Virus record (IMG/VR): IMGVR_UViG_3300036987_000083
Location: 32,001 to 96,000 of that record
Length of the DNA: 64,000 bases
Strand: one strand, 5' to 3'
From: a virus
The position numbers and the translations under genes were made by a program. Shown piece after piece: positions 43,574 to 52,234 of the stretch (the stretch's first letter is position 1; each line of letters opens with the position of its first letter). A model generated the notes under the pieces. That model was not told the DNA's origin. It was given only the letters and a program-made list of their open reading frames with translations, and ran no database searches.

Positions 43574-43765
43574 CTAGTGCGTCTTGCGGAGGGCGTTGAG
43601 GGCCGCTTGCAGCCCTTCCCGCATGCCGTCGAGGCACTCGTTGTCGAGACGCTCAGCGGTCTTCTCGTGCTCAGCGATTTCGTGAAGGAGGGTTCTGGCC
43701 ATCGCTCGGACAACCAGCTTGCGGAAGGCGTGGTTGTCCGCCAAGAGGGGGTCGTCCGGGTCCAT
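43574..43765 (-). CDS. helical hypothetical protein
   Basis: CCCGCAG leader. Confidence 0.7.
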   Translation of the reverse strand: MDPDDPLLADNHAFRKLVVRAMARTLLHEIAEHEKTAERLDNECLDGMREGLQAALNALRKTH

Positions 43766-43884
43766 GGTGTTTCCTTTCGACTGCGGGGTGCGCTAGGTAT
43801 ACAGCCAATGGCGTGCGATTGTCTAGCTCTTTGTTCGGCTCAATTGAAAGTAGTTGGCACGGTAAATGATATTTGAACTGGGGG

Positions 43885-44094
43885 CTACCAATTGCCATTG
43901 GCGATGTTGGGGATTTTTTCCCAGTCGCGGATTTTGTGGTTCCAGCGCCACTCGTGCAGTTGGTTCCACGGAATCTCAGGAGGGGGCGCGTGCGTTGGGA
44001 TGAACTCGGTATCCCGAAACGGAGCGGTCCAATTCTTCGTGTTGGTTTGATTGGTGCTGTGATTTCCGCTCCAGTGACCGTTTGCGGGGCTCAT
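43885..44094 (-). CDS. Trp/Asn-rich hypothetical protein, leaderless
   Basis: TTGACC..TAGAAG-N6-ATG. Confidence 0.6.
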   Translation of the reverse strand: MSPANGHWSGNHSTNQTNTKNWTAPFRDTEFIPTHAPPPEIPWNQLHEWRWNHKIRDWEKIPNIANGNW

Positions 44095-44236
44095 GCGCTC
44101 CTTCTACTGCGCTAGGCAGTCAATGGTCAAGGTATTTGTTTCGACCAATGACAGCTAATTTGGCACGAGAAGAAACTTCATTGCGCTTCAATTAACTGTT
44201 GCATCTGTGGGCTGTCATGGTGTATTGTGTCCGCAT

Positions 44237-44453
44237 GAACGAACTCGCCAGCAAGGTTCTCGCAGCGGTCTTCTCGGCGGTCGAGTCGGCTGGTCCCGAT
44301 GGGGTGTCAGGCGGTACGCTCTACGCGGCCCTGATGTCGCAGGGCTGCACCATGGAGCAGTATACCGTGCTCATGGACCTGCTCACGTCGAGCGGGCTGC
44401 TGGTGAAGGAGGGCGAGCTGTACTACGTAGCCCCCGAGGCGAAGGCGGCCTGA
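44237..44453 (+). CDS. small winged-helix-like protein, leaderless
   Basis: TTGCAT-N18-TATTGT-N6-ATG; G.LYA.LM..G..L..Y..L...L...GLL. Confidence 0.7.
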
Positions 44454-44537
44454 GGGGGCGAGCAGCGCCACCAGAGCCCAGGCTTTGGTGGAAGTCGGGC
44501 GGGAGTTTTCCCTGGTGCTGCTGGCCGAACCTGGCTC

Positions 44538-44553
44538 GCGACCATGTGGTCGC
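44538..44553. repeat. 16-bp palindrome abutting TAA
   Basis: GCGACCATGTGGTCGC. Confidence 0.95.
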
Positions 44554-44820
44554 TTAGGGGCTGGGCACTTCGCAGATGGCCCATCGCACGCCAGTGTAAT
44601 CAACGGGCGGCATGTGGGGGTCCAGCGGGCATCGCAGCGCCGCGCGGTTCCCCTTGAAGGTCTGCCCGGCCCCACACAGCACCCCGGCAGCCGCCGCCCA
44701 CGCATTGAGCGCATCCACGAGGGGGCTCACTTCGCTACGGTTCTTCGACTCGGCGACGTTCCACGTGCGGAAGGCGTCGTAGCTGCCAGTGCTGCCGGTG
44801 ACGACGTAGAGGGTTGCCAT
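44554..44820 (-). CDS. hypothetical protein (LYVVTGSTGSYD)
   Basis: ORF ending at the palindrome. Confidence 0.7.
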   Translation of the reverse strand: MATLYVVTGSTGSYDAFRTWNVAESKNRSEVSPLVDALNAWAAAAGVLCGAGQTFKGNRAALRCPLDPHMPPVDYTGVRWAICEVPSP

Positions 44821-44909
44821 GGTTCCACCTTACCGGGTGAGGAACGGGAAAGAAACCGGGCGAAGGGGGCCCCGCAGCCCCCTCCGCCCTCTATGCGACC
44901 CCGAAGGGC

Positions 44910-45068
44910 TTACTTCGAGGTGGGCGCGTGGGGCGCGAACTCCACGAGGCGCACGCCGGGTGCGTACATCTCGACCCAGCGCGTCATGGCGATGGCCGTG
45001 GGCGCGTGAAAGCGATTGGGAAGCGGAAGGCTGAGGGGGCGCTGCTTCTGCACGAGGTCGGGGTTCAT
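44910..45068 (-). CDS. small hypothetical protein, leaderless
   Basis: TTGACA-N18-TATAAG-N6-ATG. Confidence 0.65.
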   Translation of the reverse strand: MNPDLVQKQRPLSLPLPNRFHAPTAIAMTRWVEMYAPGVRLVEFAPHAPTSK

Positions 45069-45201
45069 GCCCCACTTATACAACGAAAGGTCTGCCGTTG
45101 TCAAGCATCCCGAGGGGGGAAGAACTCAAACAAAATGCTTGCACAATGGCGGTTCATAGTGTATTGAAGGGGTGCAGTTCAACCCGCTCAAAGGAAACCG
45201 A

Positions 45202-45306
45202 ATGCCCCCCAAGCCTGTGCGCCCCACTGTGACGCCTTCCACCACCCGTAAGGTGGCGGTCAAGGGAAACATTGTCGTCGTTCAGACGGTTAACAAGCTC
45301 AAGTGA
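45202..45306 (+). CDS. 34-aa basic peptide (not in ORF track)
   Basis: TTGCAC-N17-TATTGA promoter and AAAGGA SD. Confidence 0.55.
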   Translation: MPPKPVRPTVTPSTTRKVAVKGNIVVVQTVNKLK

Positions 45307-45465
45307 GCCGCTTCGTGCGGGAGGTGGCGGCGAGCGCCGCCGTCACCTTCGCGGTAGGCGCAGCCGTGATTCTCCTCCTCACCCTTCTCAGTTGAAGGGA
45401 GCCCGGCCCGAAAGGGTCGGGTGTCCCTGTGGGATGGAAAACTCCCTCCCCTGGAATTTAGGCAC

Positions 45466-45497
45466 AAAAAACCCGCCAGCCCCGAAGGGCTAGCGGG
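45466..45497 (-). terminator. intrinsic terminator
   Basis: CCCGC.AGCCC stem plus U-tract on minus. Confidence 0.8.
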
Positions 45498-45513
45498 CGC
45501 GCTGCGGGTCGAG

Positions 45514-45843
45514 TCACCCCACCTCTTCCGCGAAGAGGGTGCGACCGCTGAAGAGCATGAAGGAGCGGGTCGTCAGGGTGTAGGGCTTGCCCTCGTTGTC
45601 GGTATACTCCCGCGCTTCCACCGTCTGAGGCGTCTCGCTGACGGACACCTTGCCTCTGCCCTTGAGCTTCACCTCGTTGAGCTTCTGCGTGGCCAGCTCG
45701 CGGACCTTCTCGGAGGTGAGCGGCTCCGTGGCGGGCACCTCGGCGAGCGGGAAGTGCGCGCTCTTCACCTTGCGGTTACGGCCGAAAACGCCGACGACTC
45801 GCATCTCGTAGGACAGGATTTCGCGCTGAACTGACTCGGGCAT
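45514..45843 (-). CDS. hypothetical protein
   Basis: CCCGCAG leader; GC3 bias. Confidence 0.75.
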   Translation of the reverse strand: MPESVQREILSYEMRVVGVFGRNRKVKSAHFPLAEVPATEPLTSEKVRELATQKLNEVKLKGRGKVSVSETPQTVEAREYTDNEGKPYTLTTRSFMLFSGRTLFAEEVG

Positions 45844-45908
45844 GGGGTGTTTCCTTTCGACTGCGGGGGAGCCACTTTATACCGTAAATGCCCTGTCGGT
45901 GTCAAGCC

Positions 45909-46151
45909 TTAGCAGCGGGCCATTTCGGGCATGGGCCCAATACCACGCTGGAAGGCGAGGAAAACCAGCAGCTCGGCTTCGGCGGCCTTGGCCGTGGGGT
46001 AGTAGTCGGACTCGCGGCTATACGGGCCGCAATCGCAGGTGCTACCGATGTACCAGCCGCCGCCAGAGTGACAGACGGTGAGGGGAACGGCGCTGTTGCA
46101 GTCAGAGCAGACCGAAGGGGCGCCAGACAATTGAGTTTCACCGGGGAGCAT
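45909..46151 (-). CDS. conserved Zn-binding hypothetical protein (V..S..GWYIG..C.CGPYSRES)
   Basis: recalled motif; AAGGA SD. Confidence 0.75.
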   Translation of the reverse strand: MLPGETQLSGAPSVCSDCNSAVPLTVCHSGGGWYIGSTCDCGPYSRESDYYPTAKAAEAELLVFLAFQRGIGPMPEMARC

Positions 46152-46411
46152 CGCGGGGTTCCTTGGTTTCGGGGAGGGGGGAGTAATACACGTGTGGGCT
46201 TCAGTTGTCAAGTGGAAAGCACCTGGAGGGAGTTTTCCCTCCTCCCTGGGGCTTCGTTGGTTTTGCGTGAGGAGTGCCTCAGCGGACGGGGCGAATGTCC
46301 CAAAGGACGAAAGAGCCTTCCACGCCTAGCTCGACATAGCCTAGCGCCTGCATAAACAGGCACCATTGCGCTTGGGTGTAGAACGCGCGCAGCGGCTTGA
46401 AGGGCGGGAGG

Positions 46412-46427
46412 GCGTCCATATGGTCGC
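46412..46427. repeat. 16-bp palindrome variant overlapping TAG
   Basis: GCGTCCATATGGTCGC. Confidence 0.9.
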
Positions 46428-46816
46428 TACTTCGGTACTACGGTTTTCACGATGCCAGTCAGCACGAGACAGAAGGGCAGGCGCTGTGGGTCTGTCAGCT
46501 TGTTGCTGTGCTCGGGCAGGGTGCCGGGGGCGCATGACAGCGTGATGTGCGGGCAGCGCCCCGGCGCCATGAGGGCGCCCGCGTTGTGGTCCAGTTCCAC
46601 CAGCACGGCCTGCCCTTGGCCGTCAGCCATCACCGCTGACACCACCGCGCGGGCCTGAAACTCGCTCGTGACGGGGGAAGCAGGGTTATGCATAAGCGTC
46701 ACATGGTCCGCGAACACCCGCCCGTGTACGGGCTTCACTAGCGCCAGCAGCAGCGCCCGTGACTCCTTGTCGAGTGACAGGCAGGTGAAGGGCTTTGGCG
46801 GTTCGCGGGGAGTCAT
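46427..46816 (-). CDS. 2H phosphoesterase-superfamily protein
   Basis: two HxT motifs (DHVTL, PHITL) and P..SN.L; AAGGA SD. Confidence 0.75.
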   Translation of the reverse strand: MTPREPPKPFTCLSLDKESRALLLALVKPVHGRVFADHVTLMHNPASPVTSEFQARAVVSAVMADGQGQAVLVELDHNAGALMAPGRCPHITLSCAPGTLPEHSNKLTDPQRLPFCLVLTGIVKTVVPK

Positions 46817-46823
46817 GGCTTCC

Positions 46824-46931
46824 TTAGCGGCAGACGGGGCAAACCGACTTGCCCTTGACCGTCTGTGTCGGACGGCCACAACACATCTTTGGGAAGACCA
46901 CGACGACTGCGGGCGGGGTGGTGGGGCTCAT
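46824..46931 (-). CDS. 35-aa Cys peptide (CCG...CPVC), leaderless (not in ORF track)
   Basis: TTGACA-N18-TATAAG-N6-ATG. Confidence 0.6.
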   Translation of the reverse strand: MSPTTPPAVVVVFPKMCCGRPTQTVKGKSVCPVCR

Positions 46932-46962
46932 TCCCACCTTATACACGCAACGTCTGCCGTTG

Positions 46963-47169
46963 TCAACCCCTGTAGGGTTCGACCTTGTAGCCCTGCCGCG
47001 TGATGGCCTCGCTGAAGGAAAACGGCGTGTTGCGGTGAATCCACTTGAAGCACTCGTTATGCCCGGCGGGGCCCGTGTCTTTCGAGGTGAAGACGACGAC
47101 GAGCCCGCCAGCGCCGCCGTTCCACGTGTTAATGATACGGAAGCGGTGCGGGGTTTCGGTCTGGCTCAT
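46963..47169 (-). CDS. hypothetical protein
   Basis: leader; TGA inside TTGACA. Confidence 0.7.
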   Translation of the reverse strand: MSQTETPHRFRIINTWNGGAGGLVVVFTSKDTGPAGHNECFKWIHRNTPFSFSEAITRQGYKVEPYRG

Positions 47170-47226
47170 GGGGTGTTCCTCTCACCTGCGGGGTGCCCAA
47201 GGAATACAGCGAAATGCCTGCCGTTG

Positions 47227-47319
47227 TCAAGCGATGCGTGCGCGAATCTTCAGCCACAGGACGCGCACCACGGGAATCAGCATGACGAGGGCGGCAAGCT
47301 CTTGCGGGCAGATATGCAT
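47227..47319 (-). CDS. 30-aa hydrophobic peptide (not in ORF track as such)
   Basis: TTGACA-N17-TAGAAA then ATG; TGA inside the next TTGACA. Confidence 0.55.
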   Translation of the reverse strand: MHICPQELAALVMLIPVVRVLWLKIRARIA

Positions 47320-47434
47320 GGGCCCCTTTCTAGTCCATAGCCCTCCCATTGTCAAGCCCAAAGGAGAGGGAAAACTCCCTCCCGAGTCCCTGGGCACGAA
47401 AAGGCCCGGCTCCCTTTCGGGGCCGGGCGGCACT

Positions 47435-47653
47435 TCAGAAGTCGGACTCACCCCCATAGTCGTAGTCATTGTCATGGGCGAAATCCTCGTTTTCCTTGAG
47501 GTCGCCGGGGTCCCCCTCGTTGTAGTAGCCCGGAGGGAGGGGTTCGTTGTCGAAGTCGATTTCCTCGCCGGGCTCCGGGGGAACATCCCCCTGCGGGTCC
47601 ACAGCGTCGAAGTCGGGGGCGTGCTTACCGTCACGGATGGAAACGAGGGGCAT
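47435..47653 (-). CDS. highly acidic hypothetical protein
   Basis: AGGAG SD; own promoter. Confidence 0.7.
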   Translation of the reverse strand: MPLVSIRDGKHAPDFDAVDPQGDVPPEPGEEIDFDNEPLPPGYYNEGDPGDLKENEDFAHDNDYDYGGESDF

Positions 47654-47714
47654 GCGGGGCTCCTGTTTGGGGTGTCCCTACTTATACAGCGGATTGACTG
47701 TCAGTGTCAAGTGC

Positions 47715-47918
47715 CTAGTTGACGCGAATCGTCGCGACGAACGCCACGATGGCCGCCTCCACCGCCGAGTCGTCGCCCCCGGCAGCGGCAGCGGCCTTGC
47801 CAGCGGCAAACACCTTGGGAATGGCCATCAGGGGAATCTGGACCCCCGAGCAGCTCTGCCCGTAGATGCGGGTGATACGGGCGTCGAGGGCCTTCTCTTC
47901 TTTGGTCTGGCGGGGCAT
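47715..47918 (-). CDS. small hypothetical protein, leaderless
   Basis: TATAAG-N5-ATG. Confidence 0.7.
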   Translation of the reverse strand: MPRQTKEEKALDARITRIYGQSCSGVQIPLMAIPKVFAAGKAAAAAGGDDSAVEAAIVAFVATIRVN

Positions 47919-48067
47919 GACCCCTTATACAGTGGAAGGTCTGCCGTTGTCAAGCTATAAACGGCGCCTTCCGACAATCCGAGTCGGGGAAAACTCCCAC
48001 CTTGTGTCCCTGGGCACGAAAAAGCCCGCCTCCCTTTCGGGAAGCGGGCGGCCCTGCCGTGAGGCCG

Positions 48068-48421
48068 TCAGTCGATGGCCCACGGGGCGGCGTTGTAGCC
48101 GGGGAGGGTGCAGACCGTGGCTCGCGTCAAGTCGTCGAGGAAGCTGGCGGCCTTGGAGTCCTTCCACCCGTCATGCTCGCAGCTCTGGTACTGAAGGCTT
48201 TGAATCGCCTTCAGCACCCCCACGGCGTCAACCGCGCCGAGGAAGCGGGTGAAGCGGTACGGCGGAGGCAGCGCCTTTTCCGCGTAGCGGGCGTTGACGC
48301 TGAGGAAATTCTCGCTCCAAAGCATCTGGCCCACGGCATTGGGGTCCATGGATCCCATGGACCCCATGGCGGCAGTAACCAGCAAGTCGATGTGCTTCTT
48401 CGTCACGATGAAGGCGCTCAT
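48068..48421 (-). CDS. conserved mobile-element hypothetical protein (MSAF.V...HID.L...EN..SV..RY...YQSCEH)
   Basis: recalled motif; leader and promoter. Confidence 0.8.
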   Translation of the reverse strand: MSAFIVTKKHIDLLVTAAMGSMGSMDPNAVGQMLWSENFLSVNARYAEKALPPPYRFTRFLGAVDAVGVLKAIQSLQYQSCEHDGWKDSKAASFLDDLTRATVCTLPGYNAAPWAID

Positions 48422-48477
48422 TGTGTTTCCTTTCAGGCAGCGGGGTGCCCTCTTATACAGCGAAAGGTCTGCCGTTG

Positions 48478-48669
48478 TCAAGGGCAACAGTGATTGTTCG
48501 GAACCTCCCACCAAGCCATGATGAAGAAGCCCGGCGGAATCCGCTCTTTCACTGACTCGGCGGCTTCCTCCGCCGTCGCGCCCACACCGTCAAAGACGGT
48601 GAAGCGGTAGACGTGCTTTTCCCCCGGAATCAGGGTCGTCTGGTTTGTTACAAAATGGTATTTTTGCAT
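48478..48669 (-). CDS. hypothetical protein
   Basis: own promoter; TGA inside the next TTGACA. Confidence 0.6.
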   Translation of the reverse strand: MQKYHFVTNQTTLIPGEKHVYRFTVFDGVGATAEEAAESVKERIPPGFFIMAWWEVPNNHCCP

Positions 48670-48763
48670 GGCGGGTGCCCCACAATACTACGCAGGGTCT
48701 GCCGTTGTCAAGCTCTTTGTGCCGTAGGGGGAGGGAAAACTCCCTTCCTGAAACCCTGGCATG

Positions 48764-48797
48764 AAAAAGCCCGCCAACCCCGAGGGGCTGACGGGCT
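48764..48797 (-). terminator. intrinsic terminator
   Basis: GCCCG stem plus U-tract on minus. Confidence 0.8.
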
Positions 48798-48798
48798 C

Positions 48799-48814
48799 GC
48801 GTCCATATGGTCGC
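48799..48814. repeat. 16-bp palindrome variant abutting TAA
   Basis: GCGTCCATATGGTCGC. Confidence 0.9.
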
Positions 48815-49090
48815 TTAGGCGCGGACGCGGATTTGAACGTGGAAGAACTCGCACGCCTGACGCCATGCGTCGAAGCGGTCCGAGGCGCGGAAGAACCGCT
48901 CGCCTTCCGCGAACGTCACGCGGAACAGCGGGCGCCCGCTGCCCCAATAGGCGCCGCCCGAGTCGTAGCCGCCCTTGTCAATCGGAATGCGGTGAAGGCC
49001 GCACAGCTCCCCCTCCATCGGGGAGCCGTATTCCGAGCGGCCCATGGAAGCGCCGTACTGCGAGCAGGCATTCGAGAGCTTGAGGGACAT
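48815..49090 (-). CDS. conserved hypothetical protein (YGA.MGR...GGYD.GGAYWG)
   Basis: recalled motif; leader. Confidence 0.8.
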   Translation of the reverse strand: MSLKLSNACSQYGASMGRSEYGSPMEGELCGLHRIPIDKGGYDSGGAYWGSGRPLFRVTFAEGERFFRASDRFDAWRQACEFFHVQIRVRA

Positions 49091-49146
49091 GGGGTTTCCT
49101 TTGTTTCAGCGGGGGAGCCCCTTATACTGCGAAGGGGCTGGCGTTG

Positions 49147-49473
49147 TCAAGCGTTCCGTTCGTAGGAGCGAACGATTTCCGAGAGGTCTGGCGGAGCTTC
49201 GGGGAGCCCGAGATCCTCCGAGAGGTCTTTCAGGGCATCCGAGAGGCAGTAGGGGGAGGGGCTGCCGCACTTCGCCTCATGGGCTGCCCATTCCTCCAAC
49301 GCTTCCCCCCTGTCGTGGGCGAGGCACTCGGCGCACACCGCGAGCGCGCCCCCGTGGTCTGCTTCGGTGTAGAGGTAGACGGCTTCCACCACCCGCCGCT
49401 TAGGGTCGTGGCTCCCATGGTCACAGAGAGGGGGAGCGCCATCGGGGCCGTGCGTAACGCGCTTGAGAGCCAT
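49147..49473 (-). CDS. Cys/His hypothetical protein
   Basis: AAGGA SD; TGA inside TTGACA. Confidence 0.7.
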   Translation of the reverse strand: MALKRVTHGPDGAPPLCDHGSHDPKRRVVEAVYLYTEADHGGALAVCAECLAHDRGEALEEWAAHEAKCGSPSPYCLSDALKDLSEDLGLPEAPPDLSEIVRSYERNA

Positions 49474-49527
49474 GAGCTTCCTTTCGGCTGCGGGGCCTCT
49501 AAGTATACTACGAAAGGGCTGGCGTTG

Positions 49528-49680
49528 TCAAGCCTTCGGAGGCACGTAGCGAACGAACACCTTGCACTTACAGCCGGGCACCGTGCAAGCCTGCGGCGGC
49601 TTCGCGGGCGGCTGGTAGACGTGCATCGAAACGTGGTGCTTGCAGCCTTGGCACTTCTTCAGACGCGGGGAGGTAGCCAT
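49528..49680 (-). CDS. 50-aa Zn-binding protein (CxxCxH...H...C...C.C), leaderless
   Basis: TTGACT..TATAAG-N6-ATG. Confidence 0.7.
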   Translation of the reverse strand: MATSPRLKKCQGCKHHVSMHVYQPPAKPPQACTVPGCKCKVFVRYVPPKA

Positions 49681-49809
49681 GCCTACCTTATACACAACGG
49701 CAGTCAGGAAGTCAAGTACCCATAGTTGGAAAACTCCCGTCTCGAAAACCTGGCACAAAAAAGCTCGCCTTCCACGAGGGAGGCGAGCGGGCTCCACGAG
49801 TCAGGGGTT

Positions 49810-50061
49810 TCACTCGTCGTAATGAATCACGTAATCCACCACGTCGCCCGTGAAAACCCGGCCGCCCGCGAGGAAGATGGTAGCGAAGTAGGGGTGAGAG
49901 TCGTCGAACGTCGAGACAATGCGGCCGGGGGAGTAGAACTCCAGAATTTCGTCGTGAAGCTTTTGATCGACCCCCGCAGCATCGAAGCCGGTGAAGTCTC
50001 CGTTGATGAAGGCGGTAGCGAGGAACGCGGGGAGGCGAGCGGTTTCGATGCGGAAGGCCAT
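49810..50061 (-). CDS. hypothetical protein (LP...A...INGD.TG)
   Basis: AAGGAG SD. Confidence 0.7.
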   Translation of the reverse strand: MAFRIETARLPAFLATAFINGDFTGFDAAGVDQKLHDEILEFYSPGRIVSTFDDSHPYFATIFLAGGRVFTGDVVDYVIHYDE

Positions 50062-50185
50062 GGGGTGTCTCCTTGTGACTTCGCGGGAGCCCCTTATACT
50101 GCGAAGGGGCTGGCGTTGTCAAGCTTTCTGTTTCAGCGCGGCGCGGAAAACTCCCGCCAGGTGCGGCGCGCTGCCCGCCACTCGG

Positions 50186-50395
50186 CTAGCGGGGCACGTC
50201 GTTAGCTGCCCGTTCGATGTCCAGTTGAGCGAGGGCGATGCGAAGCACGTCCTTCGCGTCGAGAACGGGGGACGGCCTCAGCGGGCTGGCGTCCTTCCGT
50301 CGCAGGGAGGCCCCGCAGGGCTCGTAGTCTCTCGCGAGTTCTTCCAATGTCTCAGGCATCGGGGGTGCTTTGTTGCGGCTGTCTTCGGTCGCCAT
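50186..50395 (-). CDS. hypothetical protein
   Basis: ATG 2 nt after the upstream stop. Confidence 0.45.
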   Translation of the reverse strand: MATEDSRNKAPPMPETLEELARDYEPCGASLRRKDASPLRPSPVLDAKDVLRIALAQLDIERAANDVPR

Positions 50396-50397
50396 AG

Positions 50398-50670
50398 TCA
50401 GGCCCACGGCGCCAATTCCACCGGGTTGAGCGCGGGGCGCGCATCGGAGAGGCGCGGCAGCCGATACGCACTCACCGTGACGAAGCCGGGGGAGGACGTG
50501 AGGGCCGCGCACTCCTCGGGCGTCATGGGGCGCGCCTCGCTCACCTTCTGGGGGACGGCTTCGATGATTTCGTCACCCGGCTCCAACCCCGGGCAGGTGT
50601 CCGGGCGCTCGGACTTCACGGAGAAGAGGCTACCGGAGCGGACATCACGAACCACGATGCGGAAGGTCAT
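50398..50670 (-). CDS. hypothetical protein
   Basis: GAGGA SD; own promoter. Confidence 0.65.
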   Translation of the reverse strand: MTFRIVVRDVRSGSLFSVKSERPDTCPGLEPGDEIIEAVPQKVSEARPMTPEECAALTSSPGFVTVSAYRLPRLSDARPALNPVELAPWA

Positions 50671-50870
50671 TCGGGTTTCCTCTCGTCTGCGGGGGACTCC
50701 CTTCTACACCGGATGCCCTGCCGGTGTCAAGCACTATCCGCGCGGGTAGCCTGTGGAAAACTCCCTTTCCGAAAACCTGGGCATGAAAAAGCCCGCCTCC
50801 CTCATCGGGAAGCGGGGCTGCGAGGGTTGGGCCGGGGCTCCAAGGCGGCCCCGGCGTGGCCCTCTAGGGG

Positions 50871-51149
50871 TTACTTGCTGCTGAGGGCCTTCAGCGCCGC
50901 CCGCATGCCCTCGGCAGACACCTTCCACTCCGGAATGCCGCCGTCGAGGTCGAGGCCGACGCAACCCTCGATTGAGGACTTGTAGTAGCGGGAAACGAAC
51001 TGCCCGTAAGGGCCGTGCGGGTAGCGGGTGTCGTAGAACTCAACCAGCTCCTCGCCATCGGAGGTGAAGAGCATCACGTTGAAGTTGACGCCCGGAAGGG
51101 TTCCGGGGACCGTGGCGAGGTGGGTGCGGGTGGCGGGGGCGGAGGACAT
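50871..51149 (-). CDS. conserved hypothetical protein (VEFYD.RY...GQFVSRYY...GL.L.GG...W)
   Basis: recalled motif; TATAAG-N5-ATG. Confidence 0.8.
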   Translation of the reverse strand: MSSAPATRTHLATVPGTLPGVNFNVMLFTSDGEELVEFYDTRYPHGPYGQFVSRYYKSSIEGCVGLDLDGGIPEWKVSAEGMRAALKALSSK

Positions 51150-51283
51150 GCCTCCTTATACAGCCTTTGCCTTGCCGCTGTCAAGCTCTCTCCATGCCCA
51201 TTCGTCGAATTTGCAGGAGGGGAGTTTTCCAACGTCAATTGGCACAAAAAATCCGCTGGCCCCAGGTTTGGGTGCCAGCGGAT

Positions 51284-51299
51284 GCGACCACGTGGGCGC
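51284..51299. repeat. 16-bp palindrome variant abutting TAA
   Basis: GCGACCACGTGGGCGC. Confidence 0.85.
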
Positions 51300-51782
51300 T
51301 TACGCCGCGAGGGGCAGGCGCACCGTGAGGGGCGCGGTGTCGCACTCGACGGGCGGGGGCAGCGGGCGGAGCCAGACGCGCTCGGCGCTCTCGTGCCTCT
51401 TGAGGTCCGGGCAGAACTCGCCCGCCTCGCGCTTGAAACACTCCCAGCCCTCGGGAACGAACCACGCGCCGTCATCGTACCATGAGGTGATGACTTCGAA
51501 GCTGTAGACGCCCTCGCCCGCAGGCTCCCAGTGCGCGGGCACCGTGGGCACCGCCTCGGGCGCATCGTCGATGTTGGCGCACTCGCCCGTGCAGCAGCAG
51601 CAGGAGCAGCCATTCTCCTCCATGGCCTCGCGCGCCTCGCGCGCCTTCTCGGCCTCGCTGGCCTCCACCGCGTCAGCCGCCTGCTCGTCGAGCCAGTCGG
51701 CGAGGGTGGCACCACGCGAGGGCATCGCGCGGGCGGGAGGGGAGATACGGAGGGTGGCGGGGCGAGCGGGGCGGGAGTGCAT
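51300..51782 (-). CDS. acidic Cys-containing hypothetical protein, leaderless
   Basis: TTGCAA-N18-TAGAAT-N6-ATG. Confidence 0.7.
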   Translation of the reverse strand: MHSRPARPATLRISPPARAMPSRGATLADWLDEQAADAVEASEAEKAREAREAMEENGCSCCCCTGECANIDDAPEAVPTVPAHWEPAGEGVYSFEVITSWYDDGAWFVPEGWECFKREAGEFCPDLKRHESAERVWLRPLPPPVECDTAPLTVRLPLAA

Positions 51783-51914
51783 GCACACATTCTACACTAT
51801 GACATGGCACCATTGCAACTCATTTGAAGGGCCCAATTGAAAATAAATGGCACAGCATTTGATTGCGCAATTAGACTGCCATGGGAGGAGGAAAACTCCC
51901 AATCGCTAGGCGTG

Positions 51915-51946
51915 AAAAAGCCCCGCCTCCCTGTGGGAAGCGGGGC
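51915..51946 (-). terminator. intrinsic terminator
   Basis: GCCCCGC stem plus U-tract on minus. Confidence 0.8.
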
Positions 51947-51961
51947 CGTCCATGTGGTCGC
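51946..51961. repeat. 16-bp palindrome variant abutting TAA
   Basis: CCGTCCATGTGGTCGC. Confidence 0.85.
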
Positions 51962-52234
51962 TTAGGGCTTCACAGCACCCTTGGCGAGCAGGCCCGCGTA
52001 GTGCGCGCGCGCCCACTTGATGGGGTGAATTTCGTGACCGTGGGACTGCTTGCGGGTGTTGCTGAACTCCATCACACCCACAGCCACGCCACCCGTGGGC
52101 AGGGGCGCGAACACGGTGAGCGAGGAGGTAGCGGCGTTGTAGAGCGCGTGCTGACCTTCAGGCAGGCTCGCGACGTAGGTCACGACAGCGCGGGGGAGGA
52201 CAGCGGCAGCGGCAGCGGGGCGGGAAGTGGTCAT
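51962..52234 (-). CDS. hypothetical protein, leaderless
   Basis: TAGACA..TAAAAG-N6-ATG. Confidence 0.7.
   Translation of the reverse strand: MTTSRPAAAAAVLPRAVVTYVASLPEGQHALYNAATSSLTVFAPLPTGGVAVGVMEFSNTRKQSHGHEIHPIKWARAHYAGLLAKGAVKP

Larger units (their letters stand above)
19155..50695 (-). promoter_or_regulatory. shared 5' leader CCCGCAG-TCG-AAAGGAA(A)CAC upstream of many non-leaderless genes
   Basis: TTCCTTTCGACTGCGGG on + near 19164,39035,39573,43771,45851; variants near 15830,29157,32617,36862,40416,42850,47175,48427,49095,49478,50676. Confidence 0.75.

Noticed and set aside
16829-51961. Classical integron attC sites
   Set aside because: No RYYYAAC/GTTRRRY ends or long imperfect stem, and no intI in the window; only the analogy is kept.
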